From Chiloscyllium plagiosum (Eukaryota), in the NCBI RefSeq assembly GCF_004010195.1, contig NC_057719.1:22652252-22715963 (forward strand): a DNA stretch of 63,712 nucleotides, in the 5' to 3' direction. Shown here piece by piece: positions 12,438-24,706 of this stretch. Numbering within the stretch: position 1 is the first letter of the stretch; each line of letters begins with the position of its first letter. The translations under genes and the position numbers were made by a program. The notes beneath the pieces were generated by a model, which saw only the letters and a program-made list of their open reading frames with translations, was not told the origin of the DNA and ran no database searches.

Positions 12438-13246
12438 TGATGAAGCCTAATTTATTTTACCACCAACTTGGATGCTCATATTAGCAACTGTAAGGAAATG
12501 CTGTTAAGAATGATATCAGCAACAAATTGGCTTGCCTGAAGAAATTTTTCCCCCAATGTATTTTAAATTACTCTTGTCCTCACCTAGTCTTGCTGCTTTC
12601 TTATTGATTGCTGCACTATTATTTGGGAAAACTGCAGTCATTCCTCAAACTTAAGCTGTCTTCTTTCAACTTCCACTGGGATTTGATCTATTTTCTAAAA
12701 CTACTTACATGGAGCTGAACTTACATCAGATGTTTCTTAATTCTGGCTTTCTTAATTCCAACCTTCTCTTTATCCATTAGTTCATGTCTTGAATTTCTCC
12801 CATTTCATTTCTTGAGCCTTTCCCTCCTGTCATTTTCTTTCCTGCCATGGTTAATAGGAGATTATCATAGTTTTCTGCATACGCTCCTCTATACTACAAA
12901 GCAGGGTTACTATGAGACACTTCAAAACAAGGGTCGAGATGTTAGCTGAAGTAGCAGATAGGATTAATTTCTAAGTGTAACAGGGCTAGCGGGCATCATT
13001 AAGTATGGACTTCAGTGCATTACATTGATTTGCATAATTAATAAGCTGTACATTATTTTCTTTGAAGGGTGGAACTTATTTGAAAAATAAAATATTTGAG
13101 AATCTCAGTAAATGGCAAAATGCACGTGTCCAAAAATTCAATCAATATATTGTTTAAATTGTGTTTATCCAGGTACCTTTTAGAATTAAATTCGACAAAC
13201 AGATACAAGGCAGATACTGATAAAACAGTCACAACTTTATTCAGCC

Positions 13247-13887
13247 TGTTATGGACCAGACCAGACCCCCTTAAAATATTGTAAGAAGGTAGCTTAAACC
13301 CTAATGTTTGCTTATTTTAAAGGCAAATGTAAAGTGTTGTGTTCCAGATACAATTCGACTGGTCACACTAATCAGCAGTAAGCAAACCACAATTTATTCA
13401 AACACTGTCGTTAAAATACAACCAAAGAAAGAAGAACTTAGAATAACTTACCTCTAGCAAAAAAATTAGGATAATAGGTACAGTAACTATTATTAATTAA
13501 CTGTTCCCATACAATAACATCCCATAAACACAACCTTTGACAAAAAGGCAAATTCAGAAATCAGATTTTCTCATATGCAATGCTCATAGTAGGAAGATAA
13601 ACCGTACCTACTAACTGTAACTGGGAGTGGGGAAAATACAGCTTCTACTCCTTCAAATCTCCAACAGGTTCTGTTCTATCTAAAAGCTAAAAAAAAAACT
13701 AGAAATCCTGCTCTGTAAGAGCTGGCCACAACCATCCAGGCTGCTTTTATTTCAATCTTATAAAAAAACTCTTAAGGCCTCATAAGCTGTTTACATTATC
13801 TGACTGCATGCTACCACTCAGTCAATCTCTTTCTTAAAAGAAACCAGGGCAAAAATACATCACAAAATACAGCATCACCATAAAACA
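13247..13887 (-). mobile_element. LTR-like element, probably nested in an older LTR-like repeat
   Basis: Begins TGTTATGGACCAGACC (reverse complement ...GGTCCATAACA) with TTTATT near 13392. The right boundary and TSD are uncertain. Confidence 0.5.
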
Positions 13888-14597
13888 ATAATCAAAAATA
13901 AACAAGCTATTCAACATTAAGTTATTAAACTCTTTCCAGCTACCCAACATTCCCAGAAATACTTTCTATACACACACAAGGAGACAGGTGAGGTTTGTAA
14001 AGCTGAGTGGTCTTTTTTTCTCTCTCTCTATGGTGGTAGGTCTTGCATGTTAGTTAACCTCTCTAGGTAGTTTTCTTTCACTTAAGCATTTTCGTTCTGT
14101 CAGCAGAGTCTCTGCTGCTTTCCAGGGTCAAATCTGGGACCAAATATTTCCAGAAAGTTGTGTTATGTTCTCCAGTCAGAATGAAGCCCTTAATGTGCAG
14201 ATGTCGCCTTGATGTTTCATGCAGCGGTAATAACCGAGGTGCCATTGTGTCCCAGGCAAGGATTAAAATGTAACTGGTCCCTTTGTTTCCACTGATATCA
14301 GGTAATTGTTGCGCCCATTAATACTCTCTTAGGCTCAGAGGTTCTTGTCCATGTCCTATTGTTGTGGCCTGATTACATTTGCAAACTGTCTGCATTTTGC
14401 AGAGTTTATTCAACAAGTTTTTCATTACTTTTAATTAGATCCCATAATTCCATTTGGTTAACCAATCCTTAGATCTGGGAGCCCAGCAGCCTTCTGACTA
14501 CAGAATGTTAATAGAAAATTGTGTTTTTATATTCAGCCTATTGAGTACTGAGCTGAAAGTGCAAACAAGCAGTTCTCTTAAAACATGAATACAATTC

Positions 14598-15910
14598 CTA
14601 AATTCCTGGGAATTACAGGCCAGTCAGTCTTACGTCTGTGGTGGGCAAATTATTGGAGAGAGTGCTGAGAGACAGGATCTATGATTACTTGGAAAACCAA
14701 CATTTGATTACTGATAGTCAACATGGCTTTGGATGGGGCAGGTCATGACTCACAAACCTTATTGAATTCTTTGAGGATGTGACAAAACACATTGATGAAG
14801 GTAGAGCAGTGGTTGCGGTGTACACGGATTTCAGCAAGGCATTTGATAAGATTCCCCATTGTAGGCTTATTCAGAAAGTAAGGAGACATGGGATTGAGGG
14901 ACATTTAGCTGTCTGGACACAGAATTGGTTGGCCCATAGAAGACAGAGGGTGTTAGTAGAGGGAAAGTATTCAGCCTGGAGCTTGGTGACCAGTGGTGAT
15001 CTCCAGGGATCTGTTCTGGGACCTCTGCTCTTTGTGATATATAGAATTTTTGGATGAGGAATTGGAAGGGTGAGTTAGTACGTTTGCCGATGACAAAAAG
15101 GTTGGTGGAGTGGTGGACAGTGAGGAGGGCTGTTGTAGTTTGCAGTGGGACATTGACAGGATGCAGAATTGGGCTAAGAAGTGGCAGTCGGATTTCAACC
15201 TGGAAAAGTGTGATGTGATTCATTTTGGATGGTCAATTTGAATGCAGGATATAGGGTTAAAGGCAGGATTCTTGGTAGTGTGGATTTTGGGAGTCCAAGT
15301 CCATAGATTCCTCAAAATTGCCATGCAAATTGATAGAGTTGTTAAGAAGGTGTTGGCTTTCATTAGCAAGGGATAGAGTTTAAGAGCTGCAAGGTTATGC
15401 TGCAGCTCTATAAAACCCTGGTTAGACCACACTTGGAGCATTGTGTTCAGTTCTGGTCACCTCATTATAGGAAGGATGTGTGAGTTTTAAAGACTGTGCA
15501 GAGGAGATTTATCAGGATGCTGCCTGGACTTTGGCATGTCTTATGAAGAAAGAGCTGGGGCTTTTCTCATTGGCGTGAAGGATAAGATGTGACTTAATAG
15601 AGGTGTACAAGATGATGAGAGGCATAGATAGAGTGAATAGTGAGAGACTTTTGCCCAGGGCAGAAATGGCTATCACAAGGGGACATAAATTTAAGGTGAT
15701 TGCGGGAAGGTTGAGGGAAGATGTCAGAGGTTGGTTCTTTACACAGAGAGTGGTGGGTGTGTGAAATACACTACAAGTCATGGTAGTAGAGTCAGATACT
15801 TTAGCGACATTTAAGCAACTCTTGGATAGGCACATGGATGATAGTTTTATGAAAGATGAAAGGTCAGCACAACATCGAAGGACAAAGGGCCTGTACTATG
15901 CTGTACTATA
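14598..15910 (+). mobile_element. CR1/HER1 LINE, RT to 3' end, frameshifted
   Basis: ORF 14779..15057 reads YTDFSKAFDKIPH...QGSVLGPLLFVIY, followed by a FADD motif and the CR1 C-terminus and tail. Confidence 0.92.
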
Positions 15911-16129
15911 GGAGAAAGTGAAGACTGCAGATGCTGGAGATCAGAGCTGAAAATGTGTTGCTGGAAAAGCGCAGCAGGTCAGGCAGCATCCAAGGAACAG
16001 GAGAATCAACGTTTCGGGCATGAGCCCTTCTTCAGGAATGAAGAAGGGCTCATGCCCAATACATCGATTCTCCTGCTCCTTGGATGCTGCCTGACCTGCT
16101 GCGCTTTTCCAGCAACACATTTTCAGCTG
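15911..16129 (-). mobile_element. Fold-back mini Penelope-like element inserted in a CR1 tail
   Basis: Inverted arms of about 90 bp. A 12 bp TSD TGCTGTACTATA lies at 15899-15910 and 16130-16141. Confidence 0.88.
16008..16035 (-). ncRNA. Minimal hammerhead ribozyme core (PLE type)
   Basis: The minus strand reads CTGAAGA-A-GGGC-TCAT-GCCC-GAAACGTT: CUGANGA, stem II, GAAA, palindromic ACGU and an NUH triplet. Confidence 0.65.
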
Positions 16130-16489
16130 TGCTGTACTATACTAGGTTTAAAAAGAAAATAGTTTTGCCATTGCTGAATGAATGTTGTGATGGAAGTTGA
16201 ATAAGTTATATAATACATATATCATTTTGGGACTAGGATTTCAAAGTAGAGGCAGATGGATGTTAATTATTTCTGTGAAGAGTTTTCTTATGAACAGTTA
16301 GAACAGTCCTTCCACAACAGTGACCGAATATGCCCATGTGTCATAAAGCAGGTGACTGCAGGCCCCTAGTGGTGTTAATGAAAAGGTATGGTTAGGTTTA
16401 AGACAGGTCGGGGAAACAGTTAAAGCCATTAACTTTGCTACCAGCTCAGAAGAATCTAGGATTCATATTTTTTGTTTAATTTGGTCTTT

Positions 16490-16738
16490 GTGTCCCAGCT
16501 ATTTACAATCTGCATTAATGAGTCGGATACAGAGACAGGAGGCTCTACAGCCAAATTTGTGGATGACACTAATATAGGTAGGACAGTAAGTTGCAATGAG
16601 AAAATAAGAACCTTACAAGTGGTTATAGATAGGTTAGGAGAGTGGGCCAAAATGTGGCACATGGAGTTTAACGTGGCTAGGTGTGATGTCATGCATTTTG
16701 GTCAGAAAAATGGGAAGGCAACCTATTATCTAAATGGG
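16490..16738 (+). mobile_element. CR1 RT fragment, left half (continues at 19158-19836)
   Basis: ORF 16472..16753 reads AKFVDDTNIG...WHMEFNVARCDVMHFG...YYLNG. Confidence 0.85.
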
Positions 16739-16796
16739 TTGGAGTGGTGCTAGAAAAACACAGCAGTTCAGGCAGCATCCGAGGAGTAGGAAAATG

Positions 16797-16824
16797 GACG
16801 TTTCGGGCAAAAGCCCTTCATCAG
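16797..16824 (-). ncRNA. Minimal hammerhead ribozyme core (PLE type), intact
   Basis: The minus strand reads CTGATGA-A-GGGC-TTTT-GCCC-GAAACGTC with a GUC cleavage triplet. Confidence 0.7.
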
Positions 16825-17760
16825 GAATAAGGCAGAGTGCTTGCAGGGTGGAGAGATAAATGAGAGGAGGGTGGGGGTGGGGAGAAATAGCGTAGAGTAC
16901 AATAGGTGAATGGGGGTGGGGATGAAGGTGATAGGTCAGAGAGGAAGGTGGAGTGGATGGGTGGAAAGGAAGATAGGAAGGTAGGACAAGTCATGGGGAC
17001 AGTGCTGAGCTGGAAGTTTGGAACTGGGGTGAGCTGGGAGAAGGCTCTGCCTGCCACAGTCAGCCCTGCCACGGCTGAGGGCCACACTCTCTCAGAATTG
17101 CAAAGGAGCCCACCTTTACTATATCCTCAGGAGAATTCATACTCTCAACAAACAGTATTTCAACACCATCTCAAACATCAAAAACTGTAAGTACAACAAA
17201 CTTTTATCTACCCCCCTCCATAACCAGCGCTCTTCAAATATTCCAGTAGATTCCTCTGGCCTCTGGAACTGCTCGGATGCCATTAGCCATGTGGCTGGTG
17301 CAGCTACCATCCCCACGGTGATCGATGACGTCACTTCTGACCCCATCGTGGCCGCTTCCACAGCCACTTCCGCCCCTCACAGTTCCTCATGCACCACACG
17401 TGACATCACTTCCGCCCCTCACATCATTGCTGATGTCACACACTCAGTGACTTCCGCCCCCCCCCCCCCCCCACTGCCGTGGTCGCCACCACTTCCGTCC
17501 CCATCAATGCCATTCATCTGCATTCTGCTGACACGCCCCGCGCAGATCCCACTGTCACCATGCCCGCCCCCCAGAACCCTGAGGGGAACACCACCCCTGC
17601 TCATGACTCTACCCCCATTCCCCCCACCACCACACCCACTCCAGTTACAGGCTCCGCCCCCACACCGGATCCCTGCTCTCAGCCTTGCCGAGTTTTCACC
17701 ATCCCCCCCCCCCTCCCCCTCACTTCGCACGCATGATAGCAGGCAAGTTATAGTCAGAGG

Positions 17761-18277
17761 GTCATAAAGTCAGAGATGTACAGCATAGAAACAGATCCTT
17801 TGGTCCAACTTGTCCACGCCGACCAGATATCCCAACCCAATCTACTCCACCTGCCAGCACCTGGCCCATATCCCTCCAAACCCTTCCTATTCGTATACCC
17901 ATCCAGATGCCTTTTAAAATGTTGCAATTGTACCAGCCTCCAATCACTTCCTCTGGCAGCTCATTCCATACACGTACCACCCTCTGCGTGAAAAAGTTTC
18001 CTCTTAGGTCTCTTGTATATCTTTCCCCTCACCCTAAGCCTATGCCCTCTAGTTCTGGACTCCCCCAACCCAGGGAAGAGACCCTGTCTATTTATCCTAT
18101 CCATGCCCCTTATAATTTTATAAACCTCTATAAGGTCACCCCTCAGCCTCCAACACTCCAGGGAAAACAGCCCCAGCTTATTCGACCTCTCCCTATAGCT
18201 CAAATCCTCCAACTCTGGCAACATCCTTGTAAATCTTCTCTGAACCCTGTCAAGTTTCACAACATCCTTCCGATAGG
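17761..18277 (-). mobile_element. Young CR1/HER1 3' fragment inside the PLE filler
   Basis: ORF 17961..18260 reads RVQRRFTRMLPELEDLSYRERSNKLGLFSLE...RGDLIEVYKI. Confidence 0.92.
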
Positions 18278-19157
18278 GTACAACCTGATCTAAACTCTGC
18301 TCAAAATGGACAAAGATGAGCTGTTGAGCAGCAGCAACAAAGGTCTTATTTACTGACTGGCCTTCAAAGTGTCCTTAGCACATTTACAGAAGAATGCAAG
18401 TCAAGCATGAGCAGAAAGGGAGATGATGTCAGAGCTCTGAAAATGATGCACTCTGTTTTGGCAGAAGGGCCAGTGCACTCAGCCAAAGTCTGTGAATATA
18501 ATCTTTAATCACCAATCTGCAAGTGAGAAGACTCACCAAGTGTGAGCATATTTACTGAAGCAAGCTTCGGCCCCATAATTAACACTGTCTTGATTCACTG
18601 GCAAATTTCAGTAAGTTAAGAAAACATGAACTGAACATTGAAGTGAAAAATGTGTCTGTATCACTGAAATTTAATGTTATTTGTGTGCATGAAAACTCAC
18701 ATAAATCGGTGTTAAAATGTGAAGACAGCATATTAAAATGAGCTTCTGAACGCAATGCCAATTTCACAAATTTGAGACACTTCCCTGCACCCAAACCATG
18801 TGGTCTTTGACACCAAAATACAATATTTTAATGTTTAAATGAGGAAACAACGTTGTATGTTTGACAAGTTATTCTGAAGCAAAAACAGGTAATTTAATCA
18901 ATGTGGACTTCACCAGTTTCCTCACTTCCTCTCCCCCCACCTTACCCAGTTCCAAACTTCCAGCTCAGCACTGTCCATGACCTGTCCTACCTACCTATCT
19001 TCCTTTCCATCTATCCACTCCACCCTCCTCTGACCTCTATCACCTTCTCCCCGACCTTCATCGACCTATCGCCCTCGGATGCTGCCTGAACTGCTGTGCT
19101 TTTCCAGCATCACTCTAACCCAAAATCTGGTTTCCAGCATCTGCAGTCATTGTTTTT

Positions 19158-19836
19158 ACCTATTATCTAAATGGGGAGAGACTTCATGATGCTACATTAC
19201 AGTGGAATCTGGTTATCTTTGTGCATGAGTCACAGATTGTTGGCTTTGAAAGCTAAAGGACTCGAATATAAAGGTAAGGAAGTATTGTTGCAACTATACA
19301 TGGCATTGGTGAGACTGCATCTGGAGTATTGTGCACAGTTTTGTTGCCCTTTTTTTGAGGAAAGATATAGTGGCATTGGAGGCAGCTCAGAGGAGGTTCA
19401 CTAGATTGATCCCAGAGATGAGGGGTAAGTTGTATGAAGAGAGATTGAACAGTTTAGGTCTATACTCTCTAGAAATAAGAAGAATGAGGGAAGATCAAAT
19501 TGAGGTATTCAGGATGATAAGAAGTATGGGCAAAATAGACGTGAAGTAAATACTTCCTCTTGTGGAGCATTCTAGGATGAGAAGTCACAGTCTTATGATA
19601 AGAGTTGAGGAGAAACTACTTCTCCCAAAGGGTTGTGAATCTGTGGAGTTTGCTATCCCAAAGTGCAGTGGATGCTGGGGCAATGAGTAAATTTAAGGAG
19701 GAGTTACACAGATTTTTAATTGGTAACAGGTTGAAGGGTTAAGGACAGAAGGCAGGAAAATGGGCGTCAGCCATGATTGAATGGCAGAGCAGACTCGATG
19801 GGCCAAATGGCCTAATTTTGCTGCTATATCTTATGA
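19158..19836 (+). mobile_element. CR1 RT to 3' end, right half
   Basis: ORFs 19171..19404 and 19331..19549 (LVRLHLEYCAQF, QRRFTRLIPEM) followed by a CR1 tail. Confidence 0.88.
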
Positions 19837-19839
19837 ATT

Positions 19840-20430
19840 TAGTTCAAAAAATAGTAGATCTGAGCTTAGAAGTAATTATAGTTTCTTTACCATAAGAAGT
19901 TCACAGCAGTCCAACAAAGTTATCTCTTTGCAGATGAGTTTAGTTTGTAAAACATTCAAACCAGGAACATTTGGTAAGAAATTTATAACTTATTAGAGCT
20001 GAGAAAGTTAGACTCTGAGATTTATGAAAAGTTCGCATAGGCAGACCTCAAAAGAATTCGCCAAATTACCTTCACAGTCCAGTCACAGTTAAAGATGACA
20101 GTTAAGTAGAGCCAGAAAGGTTAAGATAGGTGTGTAATTTATTGAGATTTGAGTCTGTATAACAAGTATCTTGGGAACCAAGTTGCAACTTTATTTCACT
20201 GTTATTTTTAGATTTTGCTAGCTCCCTTTTATGTTTAGATAGGACTTTAAAAATATTTTCTTGTGCGCAATAAACTTCCCTTGTTAAAGAAAATGTGCCG
20301 AAAAAGTTTCAGGGTCTAACTAACATATAAAACAAGAACAAAATTGTGATCTATCAAGCCAAGTTTTATTTTGGAATCTGAATTGTCCAGTAGTGGCACC
20401 AGCAAGGATCATAATAGTTGGATCATAACA
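19840..20430 (+). mobile_element. LTR-like 3' portion
   Basis: AATAAA at about 20269 and a terminal ...GGATCATAACA. The last 100 bp or so resemble 44100-44165. Confidence 0.45.
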
Positions 20431-21140
20431 GTGTGCAAATGCTTTATGAATTTCCTTGACGTATTCTTTAGTCAAAAGTCCAGCCCATTTAAAACAAATT
20501 GGAGAACGTCTCAAAAAAAAGCACAGGTGTATGTTATACAATATGTTATACATTTGCCTGCTAATGTCATCAATGTACTGTTTGTACTGTTATTTTATCA
20601 AGGAAGACATTGTACAGTTGCTAAGACCAAATATACAAAAGGGAAATTAGTAATCTAAAGGTTTACATTAAAGTCAATGTTTCAGATAATCTACACTGAA
20701 TTCTATAACTCCCAAGACTCACTAAGATTCATTCTCATTCTCCTGTAATTTTCTTGAGATGAGTGTTTCCTTAGGTGCAGGGAAATAACTTCAAGTAATG
20801 AACTAAAAACTTCCATCTGTAGTTTGATAACATGTTAAAATTCTATAAAACTGGTATCATTTTATTGCAGTCTTCAATTTTCAGTAACTAGATTCCAGTT
20901 AGTTTCTTTAAAACAACTTCAAAATTCATTGGAACTCATTGATTTTGCATATTAATGTCATGGAACATTTGATTTGTTGGCCTCAACAGTAACTCTCGAC
21001 AGGCTAGAATTTATTTGCAGAGAGAAACTCAACAATAATCTTACAGATCCTGATTATTTTAACAGCAGGATTTGTTTTAAATATCTTTAATAAGTTTTCC
21101 ACCTGACCAGCATCTAGCTTGACATTTAGACTGGCTGCAA

Positions 21141-22061
21141 TTTTTGAGAAGATTTGTAGCTCAGGTGGAGGTTCAGGTTGTAAGTTTGCTCGCAGAGCTG
21201 GAAGGTTTGTTTTCAGATGTTTCATCACTATGCTAGGTAACATCATCAATGAGCCTCCGGTGAAGTGCTGGTGTTACGCCCAGCTTTCTATTTGTCTGTT
21301 TTGGTTTTTTAAGGTGGATGATTTCATTTTTTCATCAGTTGGTAAAGGAGGTCCAAATCGATGTGTTTATTGATGGAGTTCTGTTTTGAATGCCAGGCTA
21401 CTAGGAATTCCCGTGAGTGTCTCTGTTTAGTCTGTCCTAGAATGGATGTATTGTCCTAGTCAAAGTGGTGTCCTTCTTCATTTGTATATAAGGATACTAG
21501 TAATGTGTTTTTGTGTCTTTTGCTGGCTATTTGGCATTCATGTATCCTGGTGGCTAGTTTTCTGCCTGTCTGTCCAATCTAGAGTTTGTTACAGTCCTTG
21601 CAGGGTATTTTGTAAATGACATTCCTTTTGCTGGTTGTTTGTATAGGATCTTTTAGGTTCATCAACCACTGTTTAAGTGTGTTGGTAGGTTTGTGGGCTA
21701 CCATGATGCCAAGGGATAGGAGTAGTCCAGTAGTCATTTTCAAGTGTCCTTGGTGTATGGTAATGTGGCCAGAGTTTCTGGGCGCATTGTATCTGCTTGT
21801 TTGGGTCTGTCATTTAAGAATTGGCAGATTGTGTTTATTGGGTACCAGTTCTTGAATATCCTGTATTGATATTTTTCTTCTGCTGCTTGTAGTTCCTGGG
21901 TGCTGCAGTGTGTTGTGGCCTATTTAAAAATGTCCTGATGCAGATCCATTTGTGCAAGAGGATAGAAACCTCACCGGAGGAGCACTGGTGATGTTACTTA
22001 GCATGGTGATGAAACATCTGAAAACAAACCTTCCAGCTCAGCCAGCTAATTTACAACCTGA
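21141..22061 (-). mobile_element. Penelope-like element (Poseidon-like) with GIY-YIG relic and inverted pLTR
   Basis: Minus strand at about 21510-21623 reads NVIYKIPCKDCNKL*IGQTGRKLATRIHE. Inverted arms at 21174-21263 and 21971-22061 each carry a decayed HHR. Confidence 0.88.
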
Positions 22062-23480
22062 CATAGAATGGCTTGCAGACAGGATTTCAGCTTGGTGGTG
22101 ATGACACCAAGGTGCTTGGATCATTGGAGTGAAACAAATGTTTAGGTTAGTTGGGGTTTGATTTAAAGGGGCAGGGAAGTTCTCGTTCTTCAAAGTTTGA
22201 TTAGGGGGCAGGAGTAGGCTAAATGGCTCCTCAACCCTGTCCTACCATTCAATACTTTACTCCTTTTCCACATACACCTTTGGGTCCAAGTATTTATCCA
22301 TCTAGGCCTTGATTATTTCAAACAACAGCATCCTGGGTCCTCCTGACAGCATGTTGGTCGCCTAACTCTAACTCATAAGTCTGATCTCTATAATGTTTCT
22401 AGGTGCATGCTAAGAGGGGCAATATTGTTTAGGGAAGGAATCATTAACTGTCTTAATCAGCTGAAGACATGGCTAATGTTCTAAGCTAAGGGGGTGAGGA
22501 TGAACGAGTGGTCAGAATTGAAGGATTGTAGAGTTCTTGAAAGATTGTAAAGCTGGAGGTGTTTCCAGAGATAGGGAGGAGTGAAGCAATACAGGCATAA
22601 GTAGCCAGTAGTTTAGGGCAAGGGTACTCTTTAAGGACATGATTCCATCTCTAAAAAACACAAAATGTTAATTTGCCATAAGAAACATTCTTCCACAATG
22701 ATAAATAAAACAAATACTTATGTAGTATGTTGGAACTGGGTAACCTGGAATCAGCTTTTCTATAATTTCATTTCTAATTGCAACCTCCCACCTACCCCTT
22801 GGCCCAAACTTGCAGGTAAAAACTCCCGCTGTTGTCTCCCCATTTTTAGGTGCATAACTTTATAGGATTTAATCATATTTAGTTTTCAGTTGTTCAGAAA
22901 TTTTACCCCTAGGTCCTCTGCATGGCCCATTGCTAAAGTGCTCTAATATTTTAGGGTTCTGAATTATAACTCACTGTTCTCTGATAAAATGCTTTTTTGT
23001 TGCATCCCTTCTCAAAAGAAAACCAAATGCCTTTCCCTCACTGAGTGATGTGCTATCTTTTATTCATTAATGGCACTTGCAGCTCATTTCTGAATTCTAG
23101 TATCAGTTCCTGACAAAAGGTTCACTATCAGAGTTTCAATTTATGCTCTAATTCTAAGAGTTCTTGAAGTGCATTGAGAATCCTATCACTTTGTGAGAAT
23201 TATTTCCTCTTTCGGAGCATGTTGCATTCTGAATAGGTCCAGATGGGGTTTGATAAGTTTATCGATTGTTGGATGGTTAGATTATTCTCAGGAATATTCT
23301 TGAAAGTCATGGATGCTGTAATCCTTATCTATTCAGGTATTTTGTATTCGTCATGCAGTTGTGAACTGTAATGATTTTCTCATGAGCTTTTTGGTTTGCA
23401 CATTGATTGATTTTTGCCTTCTAATATTTCAGTCTCTTGATGAAGCTTGACGTTTGTAAGCCTGTGATTGCTAAAATCAT

Positions 23481-24082
23481 AATTGGTCAGAGTATTGAGT
23501 GCAGGAGTTGGGAGGTCATGTTGCGGCTGTACAGGACATTGGTTAGGCCATTGTTGGAATATTGCATGCAATTCTGGTCTCCTTCCTATCAGAAAGATGT
23601 TGTGAAACGTGAAAGGGTTCAGAAAAGATTTACAAGGATGTTGCCAGGGTTGGAGGATTTGAGCGATAGGGAGAGTCTGAACAGGTTGGGCTGTTTTCTC
23701 TGGAGCGTCGGGGGCTGAGAGTTGACCTTATAGAGGGGCATGAATAGGGTAAATAGGCAAAGTCTATCCCCTGAGGTTGGGGAGTCCAGAACTAGAGGGC
23801 ACAGGTTTAGGGTGAGAGGGGAAAGATATAAAAGAGATCTGAGGGGCAACTTTTTCACACAGAGGGTGGTACGTGTATGGCATGAGCTGCCAGAGGAAGT
23901 GGTGGAGGCTGATACAATTGCAACATTTAAGAGGCATTTGGATGTGTGTATGAATAGGAAGGGTTTAGAGGGATATGGTCCGGGTGCTGGCAGGTGGGAC
24001 TAAATTGGGTTGGGCTATCTGGTTGGCATGGATGGGTTGGACCAAAGGGTCTGTTTCCATGTTGTACATCTCTATCACTCTA
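23481..24082 (+). mobile_element. Young CR1/HER1 3' fragment
   Basis: ORFs 23437..23718 and 23740..24003 (LVRPLLEYCMQFWSP, RGNFFTQRVVRVW). Confidence 0.92.
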
Positions 24083-24706
24083 AACAAGACCCTCTACTCA
24101 TTAACCCAGTTATAGAAATCCAGCAACAGAATTAAAAACTTACAATTGTTCCCCCATAACATATTATTACAGCAACTGTAGATAATAGGCAAGACATCAG
24201 AAGGCATGCAACCTCAACAATGTTGAAGACAGAAAAAAACGTTAGCAAGATATATTTAGTCATGTACCACATCAGAAGCTCACACCCCAATAATTCTTGT
24301 AGATACCACAGGACCACTGCCCCGGTGCCAATAAAAGTCTATCTGAATCGGCCAAAATATTCCTCCAAATGCCCACAATTTTCATAAGTTCCTGAGTTGT
24401 TTTGCAATAGGTGGACATTCATCTGCCCCATACAAGACTTTGTGGAGGTGCTGGGGAGGATCAGAACAGGAATGTCTGACTTGCTCACAGGCTCAGACTG
24501 GAAGGTAGTAATCCTAGAGCGATGAGACATACTAGTCTGTAGATAGACAAAGCAAGCCACATTAAGGTCATCCAGGCCAGGAAAATTGTCCATACCTGGG
24601 AAGGCTAGACACTAAGTTTTGTAGATTAAATTGGGTTTGGTTTCCAGAAGCTGGAATATTCTGCACTTAGTCTTTGCCAGAACCAAAACCAATGGTGGAG
24701 CCATTA

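Larger units (their letters stand above)
16739..19157 (+). mobile_element. Composite Penelope-like insertion: inverted pLTR, ORF N-terminus, foreign filler, 3' pLTR
   Basis: An 18 bp direct repeat ACCTATTATCTAAATGGG lies at 16721-16738 and 19158-19175. The 3' arm 18897-19160 is the reverse complement of 16739-17035 with an internal deletion. 17040-17724 encodes the PLE N-terminal region (...YYILRRIHTLNKQYF...PCRVFTIPP). Confidence 0.85.

Noticed and set aside
17291..17767. 158 aa Pro/Thr-rich ORF and overlapping Gly-rich antisense ORF
   Set aside because: This is the low-complexity N-terminal region of the PLE ORF with a poly-C frameshift, not a host gene.
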